Assembly (NCBI GenBank): GCA_032718475.1
Contig: JAUCBJ010002023.1
Span: 1 to 57,275 of the forward strand
Direction: 5' to 3'
Source of the DNA: Nemertoderma westbladi
Taxonomy: Eukaryota; Animalia; Xenacoelomorpha
Length of the DNA stretch: 57,275 bases
In this document: piece after piece, positions 27,236 through 40,836 of the stretch
Layout: every line of letters begins with the position of its first letter
Numbering within the stretch: the first letter of the stretch is position 1
Notes under the pieces: generated by a model
Databases searched by the model: none
Seen by the model: only the letters and a program-made list of their open reading frames with translations
What the model was told of the DNA's origin: nothing
Program-made: the position numbers and the translations under genes

Positions 27236-28038
27236 ATTAACCCTTAAACTGGTGAGGATTTTCTAAAAAGTCATCTCCACTAATTTACTAATTCGCAGCT
27301 ATTTCAAAATAATTAGCCTTATTCGATAAAAAAATTCCAACACTTAGATTTTTACATTCATAGAATGTTACGAATAATTTTCAAGTCATTCTTTTTATGA
27401 ATTCCAAACTGACATAATTCCGCATTCAATTCTTAAATTTTCATACAATTTTTTTGAGCTTTATAAAAATAAAAAAAACTCTCACCAAGGAGGAATAGCA
27501 AAAATATATAATCTCTACCAGGTCCAGACGTTGGCGGGCTGGCGCGGCGGGGTGGGGAGTCCAAACGGGCTTTTCAACTTGCCCAAACATTATAACATAT
27601 GTAGAAGTTTACTGAAATAAGAGATAAATGACAAGCAGGAAATGTCCCCCCTTTAATGCCCCCCCCCGCCCCCCCCCCCTGTAATGCTCTATACTCTCCT
27701 TATACAATATGTAGCCCCCCTGAAATGCGTCCCCTTGTAGTGCTCTATAATATAACTGTACGAAAATGGCATACAAAACTACTGTTTAACATCGCGAAAT
27801 GGCAAAGGTCATTGTACCTTGTAATTATAATTATTGTATAAGAATTCGGTAAGTATCCTAACTGTAGAATCGTATAAGGTAGGTGGATGAAAATTACATA
27901 TATAAATAAAAAAATTAAATCATCGAAACGGTTTTTTACATTTGCTGCCAATATTGAAGGGTAAAAAAAACTAATGATTCTGAAACAAATTTTTTATTGC
28001 CATTGGTGAAAAATTGCTAAACAAGTAAAATATGATTA

Positions 28039-29908
28039 GGGGCCGTGCACGTATGATGTCACGCTATTTTTGACGACCCCCCCCCCCCCCCCCCCGCCCT
28101 CTGTCACAATCTGTTACGAATTGTATAACCCACCTCCACTTAAGTCACGTCATAAAAAAAACCAGTATAGTTAACAAAAAATGTTAAATTTAAAATTTAT
28201 GTTAATACTAGTTCTGGTACCGCTATATTTAGAAATATGTAATTATTCTATATATTTATATACATATTTAGTATAGTATTAATATTAATTATAAATATTA
28301 GATTATTATCATTATATTTATTTCTCCAATTAAACAAATATGAAATTGCAATACACTTTCATAATTAAATCAATACTTATAAATGATGACTGAAGCTGAC
28401 TGACTGCTAATAGCCTGGAGCTAGCGGACGCAATCAGCCAGGTGTTAAGCTAAGTATCAGACATGAAATATTATTTTACTACCTTGGGTATTTATATTAT
28501 GACACATTTTATATATCCTTATATACTCTCCGGCCCAAAAATGAAATATTTATAGAACCATTAAATCAATTTATTCTGATACTATTGACCGATACCTACT
28601 TGGTTGAGACTAAAATTTGAAATCGAAAGAGTGGATGATGGCGATTTTATTTAAATGGGAATGAAAAGTAATTGACCAAAACAGAGTAGATTCAGAGTCA
28701 GATTCAGATTTAATTATTGATAATTTATTTTATACAATTTGAAGTAAAAATAGTTAGGATGTTACGGGCGGCAATTTTGTGAAGTCTATTAGCCTTTAGG
28801 TAAGGAGGTTAAATTTTACACAAGAGTATCCAGCATAAAAAATAAATAATAAAATAATAATAAATAAAGTAGATTTTATTAGCAATAAAAATATTTAACA
28901 GTTGCTGTAGGAGGTGCTGTAGGAGGTGCTGTAGGAGGTGCTTTTTCAGGTGTTTAGAAAACGTTGCTATTGTTTTTTATTCCTAATCATTACCGGGAAC
29001 TCGTTCCAAATAGACGTACCAAGATAACTAAGAGTTGAGTTTAGTTGAGAAGTTCAATATTACCTTGGGTGGCTGATCTTGTATTATAATTATGGAAGTC
29101 TTTAATTTTGTTGAAAAATAGCTATGAGATATTTCTATGGGCTAAATTGTTGTTACATCTGTATACAAACCTACCTATTTCGTACTTATAAAGTAAATCT
29201 AAGGGGAGAGGGGGGGGGGATATTTAAGGATTTGTAAATGGGATTAGCCGATGAACGATGGTGGCTGAAGGTAATACATCTTAATAATTTATTGATTTTT
29301 ATTCTGAGTGGTTTAATAATGCTTTCATAAGTTCCCCCCCAAAGTATGATTCCGTATATTAAGATGGGTGACTTACAGAAAAATAAAGTAATCTTAACAT
29401 ATTTATTGGGAATATATGCCTCAGTTTGAGAAATATACCAGAAAATTTTGAAATTTTTTTAGTTATGTAATGAATGTGACTCTCCAGTTTAATTGATTAT
29501 CCATCCTCACCCCTAAAAATTTAGTTACATGTACTTATTTTATTTTATTTGTGTTAATATGTACTATTGGGGTATTTGTAAAGTCTTTTAAAGTATATGA
29601 AAACAATTCGTATTCAGTTATTGATATTTGTTTTTCACAAAGATTTATTCACAAAGATAAATTAAATATTTATTCCTCTATAGCATGGTACTCGTTCGAA
29701 TAAATACTATTATTATAAAAATAATATATTTGATTGTAATACACTAATAAGTTTTTGTATTTATCAAATGTATTTTATTTGTTCACCCAAGTGCTATTGT
29801 GACGTCGCAAGTATAGCTACTACCCCCCCCCCCCCCACCCCCCTCCGTCACAAAATTACACCCCCCCCCCTCACTCCTTCGACCTTGACATCATTTGTGT
29901 ACGGCCCC
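28039..29908. mobile_element. PIF/Harbinger-like non-autonomous element carrying a nested LINE fragment
   Basis: TIRs GGGGCCGTGCACGTATGATGTCA ... TGACATCATTTGTGTACGGCCCC. Flanks TTA and TTT give only an imperfect TWA-type TSD. Confidence 0.65.
28689..29690 (-). mobile_element. Degraded 3' end of a CR1/L2-group LINE
   Basis: The minus strand at ~29482-29522 reads KFLGVRMDNQLNW, the typical post-RT motif. (TCTGAA)n-like tail at 28689-28712. No open frame survives. Confidence 0.55.
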
Positions 29909-29981
29909 TTTGAAGAATTCTAGGGAAAATTATAAATTGTTGAAAATAGATGCACAAAGGTAAAAATAAGATATAATGTAA

Positions 29982-30185
29982 TAGAACAATATGATAATGC
30001 TCTCCATAGCAAAAATATCAACCGACCATATTGTTGGGGCTCGAACCCGGTACCTAGTTCTCAAACTTCCGGTTATCTTCAGCTAGGTGTGTGTCCTAAA
30101 ACCAATGAGCTACCAGGACGGATTAAGAAGCCCCAATTGGGTCGGTAGATATTTTTCGCTATGGAGAGCATTACATATTGCCCTA
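29982..30185. mobile_element. 204-bp MITE with ~52-bp TIRs and TAG...CTA termini (Academ-like), enclosing a tRNA-like core
   Basis: TAGAACAATATGATAATGCTCTCCATAGCAAAAATATCAACCGACC pairs with GGTCGGTAGATATTTTTCGCTATGGAGAGCATTACATATTGCCCTA. Flanks GTAA and ATAA. Confidence 0.7.
30030..30118 (-). pseudogene. tRNA-derived sequence (A and B boxes; probably not a functional tRNA)
   Basis: Minus strand shows TGGTAGCTCATTGG (A box), a stem ACCTAG...CTAGGT around CTGAAGA plus 18 extra nt, and GGTTCGAGCCC (B box). The acceptor stem does not pair. Confidence 0.55.
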
Positions 30186-30494
30186 ATAAATTATATACTT
30201 AATTCACCGTCACTCACGCCGAAACAATTCATTAATTATTTATTAAAGGCAAAAATTAATTCATAAGAACAGTTTAAAGCAGATTGATTGAGAAATATTG
30301 GTGACTTCTGAATATCAAGTTTGTCATGGAGCTGAAATATATTGAACACGAACTTAAGATCATTAATTTATACCTGCGGCTGAAATCTACAAGACCGCGT
30401 AAAGTTAAATATTATTAAAAATGTGATAAATATTAAAAATACGGATGTGACCATATCGAATGAGTTTAAAGATAATCATAACTACTGTATAACG

Positions 30495-30632
30495 GTACAT
30501 CATTGTGTGAAAAGTATCACTTTTTAGCGTTTTGACCTGGGTTTATTGATGTGAGCGAGCGTAGCGAGGCAGTTTCACATAAATAAGAAAGGGCCATTCG
30601 ATAAATAGAGTCATTTTTATACAATGATGTAC
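30495..30632. repeat. Palindromic MITE-like element with a central CGAGCGTAGCGAG motif
   Basis: GTACATCATTGT...ACAATGATGTAC inverted ends; same architecture as 56870-57013. Confidence 0.55.
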
Positions 30633-31194
30633 GCAATTTGGTAACATAATATCAACTTAACGGCGTTCTGGAAGATTATTTAATCAACCGAACTGAGAAA
30701 TAATTCGAAAATCTAACAATGCGCCCAGGCCAAAAGTAAGAAACATTATTTAATTTGTTCACTATTCTCGGGGAATATTATTTACAAGATTAGCAAAGAG
30801 TCGAGAGAGTCGAGAGTCGAGAGAGTATTGAATTGAATTGGAAAGGTTAATATACGTTTTTTCCCATGTAAAACTTAATTTAATTCTTACCACAAGTAAC
30901 CAGGTTCTAATAATTACATATAAGGTTACAGGTAAAGAAATGTTCCACGCCGAGGTAACCAAATTATTATCCTAGAAAATGTGTTAAAATAATGGTTACA
31001 TAATGATCTGCCAATACACTGAATTCTACCGACTCTGAGCTTTTAGAATATATCATATGTTGGGCTATGAGAATCTTTTCTTTTACAAAAAATAAATCTA
31101 GATTGGCCACCTTTCTGTATATTATAGCCCCTAAAGTTGCAATAACCTTTGAGAGTGGGTGTGGATTTTTTACAATTATTTTAAGAGTAAAATA

Positions 31195-31850
31195 ATCCAC
31201 GACATGGGATCCAAGACATGGGATCCACGACATGGGATCCACGACATGGGGATCCACGACATGGGGATCCACGACATGGGGATCCACGACATGGGGATCC
31301 ACGACATGGGGATCCACGACATGGGGATCCACGACATGGGGATCCACGACATGGGGATCCACGACATGGGGATCCACGACATGGGATCCAAGACATGGGA
31401 TCCACGACATGGGGATCCACGACATGGGATCCACGACATGGGGATCCACGACATGGGGATCCACGACATGGGATCCAAGACATGGGATCCACGACATGGG
31501 GATCCACGACATGGGATCCACGACATGGGGATCCACGACATGGGGATCCACGACATGGGGATCCACGACATGGGGATCCACGACATGGGGATCCACGACA
31601 TGGGATCCAAGACATGGGATCCACGACATGGGGATCCACGACATGGGATCCACGACATGGGGATCCACGACATGGGGATCCACGACATGGGGATCCACGA
31701 CATGGGATCCAAGACATGGGATCCACGACATGGGATCCACGACATGGGGATCCACGACATGGGGATCCACGACATGGGGATCCACGACATGGGATCCACG
31801 ACATGGGATCCACGACATGGGATCCACGACATGGGATCCACGATATGGGG
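31195..31850. repeat. Minisatellite of 15/16-bp units GATCCACGACATGGG(G), about 42 copies
   Basis: Directly visible. A GATCCAAGACATGGG variant recurs five times. Confidence 0.98.
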
Positions 31851-32493
31851 CATTCTCCAGACGTTCTCGAAGTTTATCGAGGCATCAGAACGCTGATAAA
31901 TTGACGTAATGTAACAAAATAATATAACATTTAACACCAAAGGTATTATGTTCTTCCCATAATAGTAAAACACATCTGGTATTAATAAAGTAAAAGACGA
32001 AATAAGGTATAAATAAATAAAGGAAACCGTTAAAGGTTGTAACAACGTTGTTTTAATTAAAACTTGTAAAATGTTGGTATTTGCTGTTAAAGCTCAGGAT
32101 TGTATCGTTATACTGCACTTAAAAACCATTCGTGTAAAATATAGACCGCGTCTCAACTTTTACTTTGAATAAAAAAACAAGACACACAGAAAAACACGTT
32201 TGTTAGCCAGTCATTATGATAATGAAAATGTATCAACTTCAATCAGTTATATTCCTAGTTATAAATAAAGCTGGCGATATAAAACGTCCAACACTTAAAT
32301 AGGCCAAGTTCTTCAAAGTTTGTAAAAAAAATGTGAAGTTAAATTACTAGTACCAACTTCCTTCACGGCGCCGCCTGTAGTTATATTCTGCCAAATCGGA
32401 TACATAACAGTTGCTGCTACAGTTATTGTAGCACATACAGTGTTAGTGTAGCACATACAGTATTGCACTATTGGATATGTGACTACCACCGTT

Positions 32494-32748
<255 letters not shown>

Positions 32749-32913
32749 CTAAAAGTTAAATAAAAAATTACTTGTATAAACGGCATAGAACGAACAATAC
32801 CAATTAGTATGGTACGGTTGTGCCAAAATACAAAGTACTAATGACATTTCTATGCTACAACATAAGTAGTATTGCAACGTTGTGACAAAATACAAAATAT
32901 GACTAAACTTTAC

Positions 32914-35900
32914 CTTTTGTATAGCGAATATTAAACTGAGAGCGACCAGTGACTTCTGTCCACCAGAAAGTTGTCCCATTTCTCTCATTTCATTCTTTCG
33001 CCCAGAGAAGCTCACTTTGATGGAAACCCCTTTGAATTGCTCTACAGTGGGAGGCAGCTCCCCCTGACTCTCATCCTCAGAGTCGCCCTCGCCTACACCG
33101 GTTCGCCCTTTATCCATCTGTAAATGTCCACTTCCATCGGGAACTAAACGCATAAACACGTCCTCGAAATATTTCGAGATTTGCTTGAACGATAGTTGAA
33201 TAGCTTCGTACTTCCTGTGGTCCAACGCATTAACCAGATCTTCAATAGCCGCCTTACCGCGCTCCAAGTCATCCATCCGTTTGATCAATTTCTCTTTCTG
33301 TTCTGAAAAACTTATAAACTGATCAATAGCTTTCTTATTTACGTGACTGTATTTCTTCAGCTGCTCATGACAATTTTCTAACTTCTTATATAATTGTTTG
33401 GTGGTTAGATTTTGGTGTTTTGTAAAGGCTTCCGAAGGCAGAGATCCAAGCTCCCTTATTTTTTTCATGCATTCCTCCTTTTTCTTCAGAAATAACGTCT
33501 GTTTGTTGGTCATTTTGTCTAGATCTTTAGTCAACTCAGAAATAGCATCCTGGAACTCCCGTTCGTCGGTTAAGCTCTTCTCAATATCTCGTTGCATTTT
33601 ACTATCTTCCTTCTTGTGATCTTCCATTCCTTTCTCCACATCTTTCAATCGTCGATCGTTATCAATACCGACTTTCCTCGCCTGTGTTAGTTCATCTCTG
33701 GATTGTATCAATCGCGTTTCAACATCAACAGTCTCAATATCCTGTAATTGACTAACTAATTCCTCGTGGCGTCTCCTAAGGTTGTCACTAAGATAATTCT
33801 CGAGTTTATTCTTTTCCTCTTCGGTCCGCGTTCGATCCCGTATTAGTTGCTTGGATTCTTTGGTCAGGTGTTTAATCTGTTTTTCGAGGACAGATATTTT
33901 CTGTTTATCGTCTTCGTTAAACCGTGAAGCTAATGTTGTCCCCAATTCCTCCTGGTAACTTTTCTTCTGGGCTTCCATTTCTAGCATCGAAGTTTCCAAA
34001 CTTTGCAAGGATTTCTCTTTCGGGCGAAACCCGCGTTGAATAGTCTCGTGCTGTTCTTTGGTCAGCCTCAAATCGGTCCGTATTTGGTCCAATATGTCTC
34101 TATTTCGGCTCGTTTTACTTTCAATACGTTGCATCTCGCGTATCGCCTTGTCTATATCGCTCTCAGTAGCCTGCAACTCAACCTGATGCTGTTCGTTCCT
34201 TTCCTGTTGCTCAGAAAGCTCGGCCCTTAAACGGTTGATGGACTTCTGTAGTTCCAACCGAGACTCACGGGAGTCATAGTAACCGCCAGTAAGGGCGCCT
34301 CTGCGACTAACCTGGTCGCCATCCATTGTTATGCAGTTGCAATTGTATGCATCAGAGAACCCAGTGGCAATCTCCATATTCCTGCATATCAGCGTTTTTC
34401 CAAACACATGTTGAAAGGCTTTACTAAGTTTATCCTCGAAAGATAATTTATTGATCATAGGAATTGCGTCGGATCTGTGCTGGGATTCAACTTCTACCTG
34501 ATCTTGGGAATCCAACTTATTCAGAGGCATAAAGGAAACCTCACCGGGCATTTTGTGTTTATTCATCTCTTGAAGTATTTTAGTGCCGGTGGTATCCACA
34601 TCGACAACGTGGTGAAACAAACGTGATCCCGCTGTAACTTCCACACACGTGAAAAACTTATCGTCGCACGAAAAATTCTCTATAAGAGTGCCCTGGTAAC
34701 CATCAGCAATCTTTTTCAGGTCAGGTTTATTAGAATCCCGAAATATTTGAAGAACACGCCGTACACTATCAATTCCGTTGAGAACTGCTTTACCAGTTAG
34801 ACTCCTCAACCGCTGTTCCATTCTACTAAGTTCATCCTTTGTGTTCGACGTTGTTTGCTGTATCGCATTCTCTTCTCTCCACATTGCGTTTCTCTCGTTC
34901 GCTTTCTCGTCTTTACTCCGTTTATGCTGGTAGTACTCGGCGTTCAGCTTCTCCATATCCTGCCTCATCGTGTCCATCTTGGTGTTCAACTCCTCCATAT
35001 ATTTCTCCATGTCATATTGACGGTTCTTATCATCAGTTAGACCCTTTTTTAGCTTCTCTATCTGATCTTTCTTATCTTTGACGCTGTAATCGAGTTTATT
35101 TAACTCGCGTTTCAACCAATCGTCGCGCTCCTTCTGACTCTCGAATCGTCGCCCCCTACCGGTACGAGCGTACAACTCTTTACGCTGTTGATCAGCCGCC
35201 GCGAGCTCTTCGTTCGTCGATTGTTCTCGGCTACACAAATCCTCGTACCTCGGCAGTATAGTGTCCCGCAACTTGCTCTCAGTCGTCTCAATCTGGTCGG
35301 ATATTCCAGCCAATTTCTCTCTCATTTCATCGACCCGTTTGTTACCTGATTCTCTTTCCGCCTTTAGATCCTGAATCTCGAGCTCCAGTTTCGTGCGTAG
35401 AGTGTGAGAGGCTTGAGTTTCCAACGAAAGTTGTTCCACGTCGTCCTTGCATGTCTGCAATCGACTACGCAAATCCGACTGGTCTTTATATTGGTTTTGG
35501 ATTCGCTTCACCACTTCCTCTAGTTTCCCGTGCAACTGTGTATTCTCCTCTTGTCTACTCTCTCTCTCGTCCCCCAGTTTGGTAAGTTTATTCCTCGTCT
35601 CTTTAAGTTCTTTATCGTAAATAGTAAACTCCAAAGCTCGCCTCTGTTTATCCCACTTCTGGTACTCTTTTAATTCTTCTTTTTCTGTCTCCAAGGTACT
35701 GAGCTTTTCCTGTATATAATCTAAGACCTCTTTAATTTTCGCCAATCTTCCCTCATTTTCCTCTAGAATCTGCAAACTTTCCTTCTTCCTATCGTCGTAA
35801 ACTTTGGTTCCGGCCACCTCACGGAGAAGCTTGAGACGATCCTTATCCGATGCCGTGGCCATTTGGGTAATTTTCCCTTGTTTAACGATATAGTAAGGGT

Positions 35901-36300
35901 TGGATCGTGAAAATCCTGCGCTCTCCAAAAGATTCATGACATCATTTTTAGTGACCATCTTTTTGTCTAGGAAATATTGGTCTTTCTTGGAACCAATGAC
36001 TCTACGCAAAACAACCTCATGACTGTCAATGGGCATGCGACTGTCGGTATTATCGAATATTATTTCGACGAAGGCAGTGATTACCCGCGGGCCTGTACCC
36101 TCGTGCAGTAAGGCTTGGCGTTGTTCTGGTTTGAGATGACTGAATTCGTCACTTAAAACAAACTGGATTGCGTAGAAGAAATTGCTTTTACCCGAGCCAT
36201 TCCGACCAACAATAACATTGTGCTGTTTGCTGAATGGTTCAATAACGGTCTGGTCTTTATATGAACGAAACCCCTGAATTATAACCTGCTTTATATACAT
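32914..36300 (-). CDS. SMC3: Cohesin subunit SMC3, exon 1 (3387 nt)
   Basis: Starts MYIKQVIIQGFRSY (ATG at 36300). Walker A GRNGSGKS, acetylation loop GSKKDQY, hinge GDQVSRRGALTGGYYD, signature LSGGQ, and donor AAG|GTAAAG after AIQK. Total 1213 aa with exon 2. Confidence 0.98.
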
Positions 36301-36892
36301 ATCGATAATTGTTTCCCCAAACCCAAAATTTAAAGTCAACAAATATGAAATAAAGTGCTGGTCTGGCTGTCTGGTAGGACTATCGACTTTTGTGACGGAC
36401 TGATGGGTGATCAGATCAGTGATGTAAACCTGTAAAACGATACCGGTTGCCGGTTCCTAACTCATATTATTATACAGTTCTGCAGTTATACTGGTAGTAC
36501 AGTACAGCAATACACAATCAGACAATAGAGAATAGGCTAGTTAACATAGGTGACAGTCAGACCTATATGGAAAATTTACAAAAAGTGTGCCACACGGGTT
36601 CTGGTAAAACGAAAAGCGCGCCAGCCATGACATTCAATGCGCGCCAACCCCAACCATTCACCAAGAAATTTTGCAATTATTAGGTACCGGTACCGGTACT
36701 GTCTGACTGTATTATAGCCTATTGTAATAATTTATCAGTTTATACTGCAGCAGACCTACAGACCTATAGTATTAAAATATTAAAAGGAGTGCCTCAGTGC
36801 GTAGCGCGCAAATAAATTTTGCAGAAATATTAAGATTAATACAGTATTAGTCAGATAGTGATTTTAACGAGGTAGAATTATATCTTTATATG

Positions 36893-36935
36893 TCAGATGC
36901 CGTCTGATCCGATCCGATCCGATACGATCCGATGC
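36893..36935. repeat. Fragment related to the TIR of the 40030-54683 element
   Basis: TCAGATGCCGTCTGATCCGATCCGATCCGAT resembles TCAGATACCGTCAGATCAGATCAGAT at 54628. Confidence 0.5.
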
Positions 36936-37208
36936 AATTCAGCAATTATCCTAGCTACAACTGTCAGACTGCAGACTGTACAAGCCTAGCTGCTTAGGCC
37001 TACTTCTGTTTTGCCTATCACAGTTTCTCTAACACAATATCCGGGTAAATCTATTCGACCTACGCGTAGTTTGTAATTTCCATTCCTGTCATTTACCGGT
37101 AGGGCCAGAATTGCTGGTATTTTGAAACTACACGTAGCACTAACAAAGCCTGCTAACAAAGATTTTTCATTCCAGGTCCGGTAGGAGTTGAGTTGTTAGG
37201 CAAGTATC

Positions 37209-38945
37209 CCCAGCAAAGTCATAGCATGATAAGTCGCTGATAAATTGCTACTAATTTCGCCGGCTAATACCCATCAAACATATACCAAAATGTTCAGCAG
37301 CTTTAGGACTACTATCGTTGGTTTTGTAAAACATGGCCATTTGTATCTTCTAGAGCCGATTTTGTAACAATTTTTTGTACCCAATTTTGAAAAAACCGAC
37401 CTGCTCAAAAAGTGCCATAATTTTCGAACTAACGGTTTATGAATCTATCTATACTCAGTTTTCATCGTATATAAAAGCTCACAGATCATTGTGTTAAGGT
37501 TTCAGAATAGTAGCTTTATAAATAAAACAAATAGATTTGGGGTAATGGTCCCATAAATATATTAAAAAATTAAAGCTTGAGAAAATCTACCAAAACCATT
37601 ACACTCTTTATAGCAAAGGTTTTATATGCCGTTTTAGTAATGTTACAATTCTTGATGAAAACTATTTTTGCAAAGTAGGCCTACTTATTATTAAAGTAAT
37701 TAGTAGTTATTTGCACGCAGTCAGTCATCCAACGAAAATACTTTATATTTCCTTCGCAACATTTTCACAATTTCAGTTGTTTTTAGCGACTTGTTCTTTT
37801 GAAAGGGTTTGCGGAAAAATATCAATTTTCGGGCCATTTTTGGAAAGTACTAAAATGTGCCTTAGGGCCACCAGAGGCTTAATCCGGCACTGTTCGGATA
37901 TAGTACACGTATTAATACTGAAAAAATATGTGCTTTGTTTGTCCCCAGGATTTCCCTGACTGCCTGAAAGACATACTGTAGTCAGATACTGTAGTCTCGT
38001 TTGTACAGGTGTCTGACATTCTGACAATAACATACTGTAGGGCAGTATGGACATCGCCTTTACCTCTAGCTCTGCCATACACTCAGACCTGCAGACTCTG
38101 GATACATGGATTTCCGCACCTTTAAGGACAGACACAGCATCACACAGTAATTAATGGATTTATTTCATAAAACAATATGAATGGCACTGGACATAATATA
38201 GATCAATTTTCTTTGCTTCAGATTATATATTATTATATAATCGACAATTCTAAAGAACTGATAACTTTGTACTAATTTATTGCTATATATGGTCCCCAGA
38301 TAAAAAAATATTCGGATTATTAGTAGGCATAACTACAGTATATAATTATTATTTTACTCTCAGAATTTGCCGGATAAAACATAACATAGGCCTACAGTAA
38401 CTATGCATAACTAAACAAAACTAAGCTAAATGATCCAACCTTCGAAAAGTCTACAAATTTATCCTTCGTTTAGAAGGTAATTTATCCTTCGAATAGTAGC
38501 ATAAATTATCATTCTAAACGCAGGATAAAAACTATAAATTCATCCACCCTTCGAAAAGTCTACAAATTTAGCCTTCATTTAGAAGGATAATTTATCCTTC
38601 GAATAGCAGCATAAATTATCCTTCTAAACGAAGGATAAAAATTATCAATTCATCCACCCTTCGAAAAGTCTACAAATTTATCCTTCGTTTAGAAGGATAA
38701 TTTATCCGGCGAATAGTAGGCATATTTATCCTTCTATTTGCCGGCTAAAAACTAGCTAAATCTTCAGAATCTTCGAATAGTCTTCGAATTTATCCTTCGT
38801 TTAGAAGGATAATTTATCCTACGAATTGTAGACTGAATTATCAGACAATTTAGACGGCGAAAATGCTGATAATTTCGAAGAAAATTTATTTCGATCAAAT
38901 TAGCAGCATATTAGTAGCAATTTCGAAGGATGTGACTTTGCTGGG
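37209..38945. mobile_element. Non-autonomous CMC/EnSpm-like DNA transposon, 1.74 kb
   Basis: TIR CCCAGCAAAGTCA...TGACTTTGCTGGG, 2-bp TSD TC, and a ~110-bp subterminal tandem repeat at 38438-38830. Confidence 0.85.
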
Positions 38946-39284
38946 TCGGTATATGTCAGGTATCCTGGTGATTATCAGACAAACGGAATAACGGGATCGG
39001 TAGCTCATCGCTCTACATACAGCATCGGTAATAAATCATATTGGGCTCTTTCAAATACAAACACGGGATGAATAAAAAGTAGACTTAAAATCCACGTATA
39101 TTACCAAGTCCCTTTTTTTATCATTTTAAATATTCTACAGTCAGACAGTACAATAAGCTACCAGTCTACCGGTGAAGTGATTAAACGAAAGCTGAGTACA
39201 CACACACACTATAATTCAATTGTCAGATTGTTTCATAAAAACAAGTGCAACATAAATCCCCTCCCATATCCAGTCCACCGATTC

Positions 39285-40029
39285 AATATACCAGAATATA
39301 ATAACAGCCCACAAGGAATCAGCTAAGAGGCATATCCCCCAGAAACCCAAACGAAAACAGTACGTGCCATGACAAAACTCTGAGGTTAGTTGTAAGAGAG
39401 AAGATCTTAAGATAGCCTACAAAGTTAAAACCGAACAACCAACAACCGAAAACAATAACAAGGTTGAGAAAGCTAAGGACGATCTTAAATTGGCCTACAA
39501 CATCAGCCAGGAAAAGTACATACTGTACAGGCTGACAGAGTAAAATTGAAGCAATTACAACTGCTCACATACAGCAACAATCAAGACTTACCTGGCAAAC
39601 TGTAAATGAGGTATCTGGTCGGAAAAGTTGTGCAAAGGGGCGCCTCAAAGCCGATAGTCCTGATAATAACGTGTTGGGAAGTGGAAACATCACTTCAGCA
39701 ACTTGCTTGGGCAGCCACCAAACATCGAGGTCAGCCCTACAAGGAAAATATATGACAAGACACTCGCCTATAGAAACAGGGGACTTACACCTGCCGAACT
39801 CCAAATAAGCATTAAAAGCATGTCCAATAATAAAGCGAGTGGATTAGATGAAATCCCAGCGGAGGCCGGATGTTAAAAGGGGAAAGGCCACCACCAATTT
39901 GGACTAAAGTTCAACTAAAGCCTCTCCCCAAGAAAGGAGACCTTGGTATACCAACAAACTATCGTGGGATCGGTCTGCTTGTGGTAGCTGCCAAAATATA
40001 CAATAAAATGATTCTATATAGGATTAGGC
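39285..40029 (+). mobile_element. Old degraded RTE-clade LINE, 5' piece
   Basis: Remnant translations such as NNKASGLDEIPAE and PLPKKGDLGIPTNYRGIGLLVVAAKIYNKMILYRIR align with the intact LINE ORF at 45.4-48 kb. Many frameshifts. Confidence 0.85.
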
Positions 40030-40836
40030 GAGGTAGAATAAAACGTCTGTCCTTATCTGATCTGATCTGATCTGACGGCATCTGATCCTATAACCAATCA
40101 GGAGAAAGAGATACAGCGATACAGGTAAATAGCCAATATAGGAGATCAGGTTGCCATGTTACGTATCAGTATCATCATACGACAACAGTAGGCCTTCAGG
40201 CATACCGGTATGCAGCCAAGGCAGCAAAGGCATGTTAAAAATGCGATATACAGTACTGTAGGATGAAGGATGGTGGGTATGAAAGTTGTGTGATTGCCCC
40301 AGCAAAGATGGATAGTTTCAGATGGAAACAATTTTCGCAGATTTAGTTGGTGTTGAAACATTAATCATTTATTAAAAACAATACAGCCTTTCTGCCTTAG
40401 CTGCAATATTTTAGTAATCTTTCTTGTTAATAGTTGTCAATATAAAATTAATTATATTAATTATAATTAATATTATTGAATAATGATACTGTACTTATTA
40501 GTATATTACATTTAAAATATTTATTGTTTTTTGTTTGTTACGCTAAAGGCTGAAAGGGAAGGCAGGAAGAGGTACAGTACCTATGTACAGTACTGTACTG
40601 CCGAATATGGCAAAACACATTAACATGCCCCATATTCAGTCAGGCAGATCATCAATTTTGGGGTTACCCCAAATTTCGAATTCTGGTAATAGACTGTCGA
40701 AAATTGGGGTTTTTTGTTCAAATTTGAGGTATTTTTAGGCTCATAATATCGAGTGATGCTGTTGGAGCAACTTCTACTTTTAATATGTCTGTATGTTAAA
40801 ATATAATGTAAAATAATAACTTTTATCGATGCAATA

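Noticed and set aside
30800-31194. Possible L1/Tx1-like LINE 3' end on the minus strand with a (CAATT)n tail
   Set aside because: Resemblance is too weak to call without a search.
30967-32045. Six overlapping 210-289 aa ORFs
   Set aside because: All come from a stop-free minisatellite with mixed 15/16-bp units.
32749-32913. C-terminal 54 aa of the 1197-aa ORF (and its first 14 aa, 36301-36342)
   Set aside because: This is read-through of the intron. The true C-terminus is in exon 2 and the conserved start is the ATG at 36300.
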